Source: a virus
Lineage: Duplodnaviria > Caudoviricetes
IMG/VR virus record: IMGVR_UViG_3300034161_000018
Span: 32,001 to 96,000 of that record
DNA length: 64,000 nucleotides
Strand: one strand, 5' to 3'
Position numbers and translations under genes: made by a program. Below, piece by piece: positions 8,271-16,104 of this stretch (positions within the stretch are counted from its first letter, which is position 1; each line of letters opens with the position of its first letter). Below the pieces are notes generated by a model that saw only the letters and a list, made by a program, of their open reading frames with translations, was not told the DNA's origin and ran no database searches.

Positions 8271-9875
8271 TTACTTCGTGGCGGCTGCGGATTCGCGTTC
8301 GATGCGATTCAGCAGGTTTGCATATTGCGCGAAGGTTTTGATTTCAACCGACAGTTCTTCAACAGCCAGTGTTGGCTGGCCGGTGCCGCTGGCGACAAAC
8401 ACGTCAGCGAGGAAACGCACGGCATTGCGCGGTTTGAATTCCAGCGACAGGTCGAAACGTTTGCCCGATTGCAGTTTGCCGGTCAGGCGGTAAACGTCGT
8501 TGCCTTCGTCTTTGGTCAGCTTGAATACAAACTTTTTCTGTTTCGCCAGCGCACGGATTTGGTCGAGGAACGCGGTGTCCTTGGCCGCTTGTTTTGCGTC
8601 GAGAGCGCTTTGCACTTCTGGCGAATTGTTTGCACGTTGCGCAGCTTGCAGCAAGTCGATACGGGCCGCGATGTTGCGTTGCGAATCCAGAAGCTGGCGC
8701 AGTTCGGTTTCAGCCGCTGCATTCCAAACTTTTTCTGGTTTGGCTTTCACAACCGGAACAGCTTTCGCGCCCGGTGCCGCTGGTGCCCGCGCTTTCAAAA
8801 CGGTGCGCGCTTCGACCGGGCGTTTGTCGCCGAGGATTGCGTCGGAAATCAGCGCCAAATCATTTTGGCCTTTTGCGCGTGGTGCGCGTTTCGGAATCGG
8901 CTTCGCGGCCAGTTCAGCTTTGGTCGGCTTGCCTTTCGCGGCTGGCTTTTTCGCTGCGGCTTTTTTGCCGTCTTCGATGGTCTTGGCAACTTGAGCCACA
9001 ATCGGGCCTTTGTTTCCATTCAGTTTTTCAACCGGCTTTTTCGGTGCTGCGGTTTTGCGGGTGCCGTTTGTAGTAGTGGCAGTCATGTTGTTCCCCTTGG
9101 TTTCGATTTTCAAAAGTTGGATTGCGTTGCGAAGTGCGGTCAGTGTTGCGCCTTGAGCGGTGAACGGTGAAACGTTGAACGGAACTTTGCGGGAGTCTTG
9201 GCCCATTGCATCAAGAAAAACACTTTCAAGCTCAAACTCAAGCTCACGCCCGATTCGCTCAAACTTGAAATGCAGCGAGTTGGGAATTCCGTTCCAGTCG
9301 AAAATCATATGGGCCGCGTATGGCTTACCCAATTCGTTGCGGTCACTGGATTCAGACAGATGCAACGAAATGTATTTCAGCGGTTTATGTTTGCACCGTT
9401 TCTGCGCCTGTTCAAGAATGAAGCGCAGCACTTTGTTTGACTGTTCCTTGTCGGCCTTTTCGGCAGCAACATCTTTCAGGAACTTTGGAAGGCGTGCGCG
9501 GAATGCTGCAAACACCTCTTTGAGAATAGTCGGGCCGATTACGATCAGGTCGCCGGTTCCGCCCACGCCCAATTGTTTGTGGCCCATTGTGCCGTTGCCG
9601 TAACGAACATTCAGGATTTTGAAAACCGGGCGCTGGTTTTCGTATTCGCCAGTGTGTGCCGCTTCGATAAACCATTGCAGCACGTAGCCTTCGACAGTCG
9701 CCACGCCATGCGCTTTAAACACAGTGGTCTTAGTCGGCTTGTCGGTTTCCAAATCGAAACGTTCGTGATGCGCGTCATACACGCGATGGAAATTTGTTTG
9801 GAACAGAGCTTGATTCAAGCGGAGTTTGAATTGATCGCGCATTTTGGTGCGCTCGCCTTTGGTCATGCGGATCAT
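8271..9875 (-). CDS. hypothetical protein with a Lys/Ala-rich (histone H1-like) central region; in-frame second start at 9086
   Basis: Start MIRMTK with AGGA RBS; AAKKPAAKGKPTKA-type low-complexity segment. Confidence 0.8.
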   Translation of the reverse strand: MIRMTKGERTKMRDQFKLRLNQALFQTNFHRVYDAHHERFDLETDKPTKTTVFKAHGVATVEGYVLQWFIEAAHTGEYENQRPVFKILNVRYGNGTMGHKQLGVGGTGDLIVIGPTILKEVFAAFRARLPKFLKDVAAEKADKEQSNKVLRFILEQAQKRCKHKPLKYISLHLSESSDRNELGKPYAAHMIFDWNGIPNSLHFKFERIGRELEFELESVFLDAMGQDSRKVPFNVSPFTAQGATLTALRNAIQLLKIETKGNNMTATTTNGTRKTAAPKKPVEKLNGNKGPIVAQVAKTIEDGKKAAAKKPAAKGKPTKAELAAKPIPKRAPRAKGQNDLALISDAILGDKRPVEARTVLKARAPAAPGAKAVPVVKAKPEKVWNAAAETELRQLLDSQRNIAARIDLLQAAQRANNSPEVQSALDAKQAAKDTAFLDQIRALAKQKKFVFKLTKDEGNDVYRLTGKLQSGKRFDLSLEFKPRNAVRFLADVFVASGTGQPTLAVEELSVEIKTFAQYANLLNRIERESAAATK

Positions 9876-9905
9876 TTTGAATTCCTGTTCAGATTGCCTA
9901 ATACG

Positions 9906-9932
9906 AAAAAGGGCGACTCCACCGAATCGCCC
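9906..9932 (-). terminator. Rho-independent terminator
   Basis: Minus strand GGGCGA-ttcggtggag-TCGCCC-TTTTT, right after the 9950 gene stop. Confidence 0.85.
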
Positions 9933-9949
9933 GAACATTTCGTTTTACA

Positions 9950-10969
9950 TTATGCCGCTTTTGCGCGGGTTGCTTTGACCAGACATACAGCGGCTTTGGT
10001 TGGCTTCAACACTTTAGAGAAGTGCGAACCTTTCGACTTGGCGGCTTCCAGTTCCTTGATTTCGGAAAGGGTCACGCCGCTGTATTCGTAAACCGCGCCG
10101 GACTTGAAAGTCACGGTCAAAGTTTTGCGCGCTTTCTCGTAGCTGGCGCCTGCAATGTTTGTGCTGGTGCCGATTTCCAGAACGCGCACGCCTTCTTTCA
10201 TTGCGGTAGTGGCTTTCGGTGCGGTCTTGGCTACGGCAGTTTCTTTGCCGAGTTTGACGCGCAAGTTGCCACGGTTGTTGCGTTCAATGTCGGTCAGAAC
10301 AATGCGCGAACCTTTGTCAGTCACGGCAACGCGGGCGTCGAGTTTGTGGTCGCGAACAATGCGGATCACTTTCTCTTTCGCACGACCGATCAAAACTTCT
10401 TGATCGCGAATGTCGGTGCCTTTCAGTTCAGCGGCTTCCGAAGTGTTTGCAACTTTTGCCGCTGGAGTTTTGGTGGCCGCTGGTTTGGCTTCCACTTCTG
10501 GCTTAACGCGCAGGTTGCCACGGTTGTTCCGTTCAATGTTTGCAACTGGAACACGAACACCACTTTCCAGCACTGCAACGCGGTTGCCTTCCGGCGCCTT
10601 CACAACGTTTGCAATTTTTTCGCGAGTGCGGCCAACCAGAATAACCGAACCTTTCAGTTCAACAGTGGTGAATTCGGTCTGCGCAGTTTTCGCCGCTGGT
10701 TTGGTTTCGGCTTTCGGTGCAACCGGTTTAACCGCTGGCTTGGCGCCCGGTTTGGTTTCGCCTTTCAGGGCAGTGACGACTTCGGTTTGTTTGGCTTTGA
10801 AATCTTTCAGCCAGTTTTTCAGTTCGCGGTAAGTAACGCCGTTGCCCAAATCAGCCGACAGTGCAAACATTTGTTCGCCGGTTTCTTTCTTGTGGGCGTT
10901 CGCCAGTTTCACCAGTTGGGAACCAGCAGCGAACAGGATGGCAGCGGCGGTGTGAGTGTTAGTGGTCAT
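9950..10969 (-). CDS. KTSC-domain nucleic-acid-binding protein with two tandem beta-rich repeats and Lys/Ala-rich linkers
   Basis: C-terminal STNIAGASY..KTLTVTFKSGAVYEYSGVT....L..AKSKGSHF matches the KTSC pattern; two IERNNRGNLRVK repeats; AAGGGG RBS. Confidence 0.8.
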   Translation of the reverse strand: MTTNTHTAAAILFAAGSQLVKLANAHKKETGEQMFALSADLGNGVTYRELKNWLKDFKAKQTEVVTALKGETKPGAKPAVKPVAPKAETKPAAKTAQTEFTTVELKGSVILVGRTREKIANVVKAPEGNRVAVLESGVRVPVANIERNNRGNLRVKPEVEAKPAATKTPAAKVANTSEAAELKGTDIRDQEVLIGRAKEKVIRIVRDHKLDARVAVTDKGSRIVLTDIERNNRGNLRVKLGKETAVAKTAPKATTAMKEGVRVLEIGTSTNIAGASYEKARKTLTVTFKSGAVYEYSGVTLSEIKELEAAKSKGSHFSKVLKPTKAAVCLVKATRAKAA

Positions 10970-10993
10970 GTTGAATCCCCTTGCGTTTCGTTT

Positions 10994-11023
10994 AGTATGA
11001 AATGTTTGATTGAGTGAGTTCAA
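10994..11023 (-). promoter_or_regulatory. possible sigma70 promoter for the KTSC gene
   Basis: Minus strand TTGAAC-N18-CATACT, about 25 nt before ATG. Confidence 0.35.
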
Positions 11024-11028
11024 TCCAA

Positions 11029-11051
11029 CTAGCGACTCCCTGAATCGCTAG
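11029..11051 (-). terminator. stem-loop after the 11063 gene
   Basis: CTAGCGA-ttcagggag-TCGCTAG; weak U-tail. Confidence 0.55.
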
Positions 11052-11062
11052 GAAAATTTATC

Positions 11063-11404
11063 TCATTCGTTCCACGGGAAACCTTTCGGCGTCACCATGA
11101 TTTCGCGTTCGTCTTTAAACAAACGTTTTTCGACCGGCACTTCATGGTAGTCCACAAGCGCCTCCATTTCTTCTGGCGTACCGGCGAAACGGAAAAGCGG
11201 AATCCACTCGTCTGTTTCGTATTGGTACGTCCATTTACTGTTCGCCCATTCCGGCGACACGTCCACCAACCGAACATCCATATGGGATGTTTGCGTCGGG
11301 TAGAGTTCACCGTCTACCGGAATCCGCAGAAACGGCGAGTCGCGCAGTTCCAACGTTTCGATTTCGGCCAGTGTGTAAGTTTGGCCGCGTACTGGATACG
11401 TCAT
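11063..11404 (-). CDS. hypothetical protein, first gene after promoter cassette 1
   Basis: Start MTYPVRG with AAGGGG RBS. Confidence 0.8.
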   Translation of the reverse strand: MTYPVRGQTYTLAEIETLELRDSPFLRIPVDGELYPTQTSHMDVRLVDVSPEWANSKWTYQYETDEWIPLFRFAGTPEEMEALVDYHEVPVEKRLFKDEREIMVTPKGFPWNE

Positions 11405-11421
11405 GTTGTCCCCTTTCCGTT

Positions 11422-11538
11422 GAACTTCCACTAAGTCGTAAGTGTCAGTGTATCAGGCACGCTGCGCCGAACACGTAGTCAATATAGCACGAAACCCCGC
11501 AATGGGCAGGGTTAAGGCTTACGGTTTAAAGGAGGTTC
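11422..11538 (-). promoter_or_regulatory. promoter cassette copy 1: inverted 21-bp sites flanking an extended -10
   Basis: GAACTTCCACTAAGTCGTAAG (+, 11422-11442); GAACCTCCTTTAAACCGTAAG (-, 11518-11538); TGC-TATATT on minus at 11481-11489. Confidence 0.75.
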
Positions 11539-11554
11539 CGGAACCGCCCCGGCA

Positions 11555-11989
11555 TTAGCGGGCCAGCGTTCCCATTACCCTGTGGATTGTGTCGGCGCGG
11601 TTCAGCAGATTTTGCGCGAAGTCGTACAGGCTCATTTCGCCAATGTCCGAGGAACTGAGTTCTGCAAACATTTCCGTAATGGCCGAACGGAACAGGCGCG
11701 CAATCTTGAGCACGTCGTCGTGCCGGTCGCTGGAAATCTTTTCGTCGCAAACGCTGACAGAAATGCGCAGCGCCATCGGCAAAGAAACGCGAACCAGATT
11801 CGCAAGGAAGTCTTTGTCTATGTCAAACATATCGAGAGGCAATCCGGCCTCCAAATAGTTTACGGCTGGATAAGTCGGGTCGGGGCGCAGCGTGCGGAAA
11901 TTTTGTTCCAGCGCATACGCAAACTCTTTCGGACTCAATTCAGCGAAACGATCCATCAACATCGAAGGGTATTGTTTTGGAGTGTTCAT
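11555..11989 (-). CDS. hypothetical protein
   Basis: Start reset to MNTPKQ (TAATG overlap). Confidence 0.75.
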   Translation of the reverse strand: MNTPKQYPSMLMDRFAELSPKEFAYALEQNFRTLRPDPTYPAVNYLEAGLPLDMFDIDKDFLANLVRVSLPMALRISVSVCDEKISSDRHDDVLKIARLFRSAITEMFAELSSSDIGEMSLYDFAQNLLNRADTIHRVMGTLAR

Positions 11990-12180
11990 TAGTTTTGTTC
12001 CTGATTGTGTTGTTGAACCCGCGAATCGCAGGCGTCTGATTTGGTGCAGTGTCCGCCAGTCCACGAACACGCATAGCCGTTGTGACTGGTTCCGTTCCGG
12101 GCCGCGTCGATCTTCATTCGCAGCGGGCAATTTGTTTGTGAGTGGCCCGGATGGTTTTCATGATTTCCACGGTGCGGCAT
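11989..12180 (-). CDS. small Cys/His-rich protein
   Basis: TAATG-coupled start MPHRG; four Cys (NCP..ACS..HCT..ACD). Confidence 0.5.
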   Translation of the reverse strand: MPHRGNHENHPGHSQTNCPLRMKIDAARNGTSHNGYACSWTGGHCTKSDACDSRVQQHNQEQN

Positions 12181-12419
12181 TAGTGACAAACTCCTGTGAG
12201 GAACGCGACCTGTTCAATTAGTTTGTAGCAAGACAGCGCCAGCAGCGCGTGGAAAATCCACGGCAGCCGAATGTATTCGTAACGGAAATTCGCAGCAACG
12301 TACAGCGGGTTTTCGTTGTGCTTCTTTTCCTCGCGGGCATTCACCTTGCGCAGATACCACTTGATCCAGATGAAACCAATAATCCCCGAAACCGCCAGTG
12401 CTAAAATAATCCAGTTCAT
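12180..12419 (-). CDS. small membrane protein (2 TM)
   Basis: MNWIILALAVSGIIGFIWIKWY and LPWIFHALLALSC hydrophobic segments. Confidence 0.75.
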   Translation of the reverse strand: MNWIILALAVSGIIGFIWIKWYLRKVNAREEKKHNENPLYVAANFRYEYIRLPWIFHALLALSCYKLIEQVAFLTGVCH

Positions 12420-12431
12420 TGCCGTAGTCCT

Positions 12432-12887
12432 TTATCGTCTTGCGACTTTCTTTGTCGTCGCCTTCTTGAGCGTCGAATGCGGGAAGCCGTGATTTTCGTC
12501 CGCGTACAGAATGCGGTTTAGTTCCAGCGAATTGTCGGCGAATGAAATAATGTCGAAGGCCAGTTGCCCAGCGCTATCGAAACAAACCGCCATGCCGCCA
12601 GACGGATCAAACATTCGTGCAAACATTACGCCGCCTTCTTTCGGTTTCAGCACAACGAAACGCGGAGCCGACCTAGAGTTCACAACCGGTTCCACCGTTG
12701 TGTCTGCATCCTCGAAATAAATTGCATCGTATTCCGTGGCGGCGATTCCCATCATGCCTGCAAGTTCGTCCGCTGAAAGTTCGCGGTCACGGAATGGAAT
12801 TCGCACGCGGGTCAACTGTGAAGCGTCGAGCACAAACGTTGCGATTCCGCCGTGATGGAACCAGAAACCAAACAGACCAGTTTTCAC
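12432..12887 (-). CDS. hypothetical protein
   Basis: GTG start with GGGAGG RBS. Confidence 0.8.
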   Translation of the reverse strand: MKTGLFGFWFHHGGIATFVLDASQLTRVRIPFRDRELSADELAGMMGIAATEYDAIYFEDADTTVEPVVNSRSAPRFVVLKPKEGGVMFARMFDPSGGMAVCFDSAGQLAFDIISFADNSLELNRILYADENHGFPHSTLKKATTKKVARR

Positions 12888-12918
12888 GATAACCTCCCGA
12901 GCCGAAGCTCGTTACAAA

Positions 12919-13398
12919 CTATTCGCTTTCTTCTTCGTGGCGCCCAAGGTGAGTGCCAGAAACTTCGCGATGAACTTCAAACATCGGTTCGGACGTTTTC
13001 AGCAGGCGTCTCGCTTCGCCTTGCGTGTGGCAGAAATCGTAAATGTCCACGCGCTTTTCCGATCCTTCTTCGGTCAACTGATTGTCGTAACCGATTCGGG
13101 CGTCGAAGAATTGCCAACTGCGTTCGGTGATTTCCACCACGCTTTTCGTGATTGCAATCGGAGGTGTCAGGCAATGGTCAAATACGATTTCGACCGACAC
13201 GTTTTGTTTGAGGAAAGTTTTGCTGGTGCGTTCCTCAATGCAAACATCCAGCAACGGTTTCAGCGCCGCCACTTCTTTAGTGGTCAGGTGATAGTTTAGC
13301 GCGGCTTCGTGGTTCTGGTCGATGATGAAAAACGGCTTGCGACCTTCTGCGTAAATCCAGAAGCCGAGGATTGGTTTCAGTTTTGGAGTGCGTGCCAT
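12919..13398 (-). CDS. hypothetical protein
   Basis: 159-aa ORF, GGGAG RBS. Confidence 0.8.
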   Translation of the reverse strand: MARTPKLKPILGFWIYAEGRKPFFIIDQNHEAALNYHLTTKEVAALKPLLDVCIEERTSKTFLKQNVSVEIVFDHCLTPPIAITKSVVEITERSWQFFDARIGYDNQLTEEGSEKRVDIYDFCHTQGEARRLLKTSEPMFEVHREVSGTHLGRHEEESE

Positions 13399-13413
13399 GT
13401 TTGTGTCTCCCGA

Positions 13414-13638
13414 TTATGTGCGACGAATGCCGCCGTTGTTTTGTTTCGGTTGAGTGATGAGCTTGTCCAGCCTGTAGAAACAGTATGCGACCACGCAAAC
13501 AATTGCGTAGGCCAGCGCTTTCATTTGCCAGTGCGCAGCCATTAATTCCATGCCGCCTTTCTGGTACATCAGCCAGCCGGTGACGGCAGGCAAAAGGAAC
13601 ATCGGTAAAACGTAAAACAGAAACGTGCTAACTTTCAT
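13414..13638 (-). CDS. small membrane protein (2 TM)
   Basis: FLFYVLPMFLLPAVTGWLM and ALAYAIVCVVAYCFY. Confidence 0.75.
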   Translation of the reverse strand: MKVSTFLFYVLPMFLLPAVTGWLMYQKGGMELMAAHWQMKALAYAIVCVVAYCFYRLDKLITQPKQNNGGIRRT

Positions 13639-14108
13639 ACGCGTTGCATACCCTTCTTTTTCTTCCGCTTCGGCGCGCTGCCAGTGGCAACCCGCGCAAT
13701 GGTTTCGTGTTCTTTGGCGTGGCGTTTCGCCCGGTCAGATTTCTTTTCGTGTTTGACCTTAGAATCCCCGCCAAGTAAATCGTTGCCCTGATCCATCGTC
13801 ATTGAAACGTCAAACACAACGTCAACATTTGGCCGTTGCGGTTTCGGCATTCGTGCGCTGGCTTCCGGCGACTTGTGCGAAATTGACGCTACAGGTTTCG
13901 GGCGTTTCTTCACAACCACAACCGGGTCGGGCCGTGGTACGTCAATGCGTCCGGCCAAACGCAAAAGCAATCGAGTGGCGACCAGTGAGAGCGTGGCGAC
14001 TTCCTCCAAAGTGTTTGCGTCAACAGTGGAAGCGGTTTTGCCGTTGAGCAAGGCCAACGCTCCCGCTAACTGCCGTGTGCCTTTCTCAAACAAAACTGCG
14101 TTTTTCAT
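13635..14108 (-). CDS. hypothetical basic protein
   Basis: GAGG RBS; Lys-rich C-terminus. Confidence 0.75.
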   Translation of the reverse strand: MKNAVLFEKGTRQLAGALALLNGKTASTVDANTLEEVATLSLVATRLLLRLAGRIDVPRPDPVVVVKKRPKPVASISHKSPEASARMPKPQRPNVDVVFDVSMTMDQGNDLLGGDSKVKHEKKSDRAKRHAKEHETIARVATGSAPKRKKKKGMQRV

Positions 14109-14115
14109 ATTCACC

Positions 14116-14307
14116 TCAAATGTTTACGTCGATCCCGCAAGTGTCGAGTTCGCCCACCATTTCAATTTGGCGGTACGCATTCAGCTTGCGCATCGTTTCA
14201 CAACTCGGAACATCCGGCACCAGCACAACGTCCATCGAATCTCTTGCAGCGTCTTTCCGAACATCCGAACTTTTGTAATCGGCTACCACGTTACCATTGC
14301 GTTCCAT
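14116..14307 (-). CDS. hypothetical protein
   Basis: 63-aa ORF, GGAG RBS. Confidence 0.7.
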   Translation of the reverse strand: MERNGNVVADYKSSDVRKDAARDSMDVVLVPDVPSCETMRKLNAYRQIEMVGELDTCGIDVNI

Positions 14308-14319
14308 GCTGACTCCAAA

Positions 14320-14778
14320 CTATTTTCGTTTTTTCTCCTTGGGTTTCGGCATGACAGGCCGCATCATAACGAACCGTAGGACGAATTGGCTTTGGTTGGT
14401 AAAGCGACTTCGTGCAGCGTGTTTTTCGATCACGCGCAGAAGTGTATCGGCAAACTCAAACACTGCCCGCTGTGCAGGCGACGGCAAAACTTCGGTCGGC
14501 GACTTCTCCTTAAACAATAATCTGAATGCCTTGGCGCGTTGTTGTAAACGCACGGCCCTCATTTCGTAAAGCGCGTCGGCCAGTTTCAGAATCTCCCGGC
14601 AATCGAAGTTTACGAAAGTGAGTCTGTCCGGGTCAGCGTCTGCAAACTTTTTCAGTTCGGCAACGCCGTTGTATCCCGAGTGCTTTTTCAGAACAGCGGG
14701 GAATGCTTTGAGCACTCCCGCCGTGGTGGTGCAGGCAAAGCTTCCGCTGGCGATCACGCTAACAATGTTTGTGTTCAT
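14320..14778 (-). CDS. hypothetical protein
   Basis: Start reset to MNTNIVS with GGGGA RBS. Confidence 0.75.
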   Translation of the reverse strand: MNTNIVSVIASGSFACTTTAGVLKAFPAVLKKHSGYNGVAELKKFADADPDRLTFVNFDCREILKLADALYEMRAVRLQQRAKAFRLLFKEKSPTEVLPSPAQRAVFEFADTLLRVIEKHAARSRFTNQSQFVLRFVMMRPVMPKPKEKKRK

Positions 14779-14797
14779 AAATCCCCAGCGGAGCATT

Positions 14798-15508
14798 TTA
14801 GTAGGTCAGTGAAACGCGGCGTTTGCCGAGCGGTCGGTTGAAATGGTCGGCCAGTGTTGTGTCGGCGTAATAACCTTTCGAGTTCAAGTAGCAGCGGTAC
14901 GCGACGGCTTCCGCTTCGTCTTGGTCTTCTTCACCAAAATAAAGGTCGTCGTATTTCACCGCGCAAATGTCGGTGTGGTCGCATTCGGTAATCAGAATCT
15001 GGTGAAATTCTTCGCCATACAGAAAACCTTTGATATGGTCTTCGTTGTCGGCGTCGTCGCCGGTGTATTCCGAAAGCAGGCGATTGGTGTCAACTGCCGT
15101 GCGGCTGTTGCTGAATTCCACAAACGACATAAACTTGCCGTCGTCTTTGTGAACAATTTCCATGAAGTCGAAACCCGTAGGAACGCGGATAACGTGGACG
15201 CTGTTTTCCAAAAGATTGCGACGATTGTGCGGCAAGTTGTAGTAGAGTTCAGCGACCGGCGACAGGCAAAGCGCGGCACGCAAAACAGTTTGGTAATCGC
15301 CCTGCATGATTGCAACCGGCGTCGTGATATGCGCGTTTTGCTGGTTGCGGATTTCAACGAGGAACACGCCGTAACGATTGTCCTCGGTGTCGAAAGTTTT
15401 TGCAATGTCTTCCAGTTGGCGTTTGTTGCGCGGCAGTGCGAAAGCGCTCAACAAAACATTGCCGTAAGATTGGTTGCTTACGTTTGTAGCCAGTTCCAAA
15501 TAACGCAT
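14798..15508 (-). CDS. hypothetical protein
   Basis: 236-aa ORF, AGGGGA RBS. Confidence 0.8.
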   Translation of the reverse strand: MRYLELATNVSNQSYGNVLLSAFALPRNKRQLEDIAKTFDTEDNRYGVFLVEIRNQQNAHITTPVAIMQGDYQTVLRAALCLSPVAELYYNLPHNRRNLLENSVHVIRVPTGFDFMEIVHKDDGKFMSFVEFSNSRTAVDTNRLLSEYTGDDADNEDHIKGFLYGEEFHQILITECDHTDICAVKYDDLYFGEEDQDEAEAVAYRCYLNSKGYYADTTLADHFNRPLGKRRVSLTY

Positions 15509-15539
15509 GGTGATTTTCCCCTGAAATGTTTGCAGTGAA

Positions 15540-16049
15540 TTAGTTTGCAGCTTCGGTCAGGCCGTCGTCTTCGTCTTTCAACGACGGCAGTTGTTCGTGC
15601 TTTTCTTCGCCGTAGGCCAGCAGTGCCATTGCTTCCAGAACCGGCATTGAAACGTTGTCGTTCTTGTCGGTGAAGTATGGCGTCACGCTCGCGAAGTCGT
15701 CGAGGTACGAAATGATTGCGAACGGTGCCCAGCGGGAAACGCGACCATCACTGCAAACAACGCGGTGACGAAATCCCGAATCATTCCAACCGGCGCCAAC
15801 TTCTTTGGTTTCGATCTTGTAGGTTTTCGGCAGCGCACTTTCCAAAACAGTTTCGCTGATTTCGATGTTGCTCGCGAACCCGATAACTTCATCGACGGTC
15901 AGGTCGGAAAGTTTCTTGCCGGTGAAATGGCTCAGGCGTACAACGTTGCCGTCCGCAATGCGGAACCCGTAACCGCGACCGATACGCACAAATGAAATCG
16001 GCAGGTCTTTCAGGCGGGCATTAACTTCTTCAAACTTTTGCTCAGACAT
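15540..16049 (-). CDS. hypothetical protein
   Basis: 169-aa ORF, AGGGA RBS. Confidence 0.8.
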   Translation of the reverse strand: MSEQKFEEVNARLKDLPISFVRIGRGYGFRIADGNVVRLSHFTGKKLSDLTVDEVIGFASNIEISETVLESALPKTYKIETKEVGAGWNDSGFRHRVVCSDGRVSRWAPFAIISYLDDFASVTPYFTDKNDNVSMPVLEAMALLAYGEEKHEQLPSLKDEDDGLTEAAN

Positions 16050-16104
16050 TTCGATTGTCCCTGAATAGATCGGAGCGCCGAAAGGGCGCCCCGTGTTGCG
16101 GTGA

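Noticed and set aside
11422-11442. GAACTT...CGTAA as an ECF-sigma promoter
   Set aside because: Only 11 bp between AAC and CGT (ECF needs ~16), and this reading would point away from the genes.
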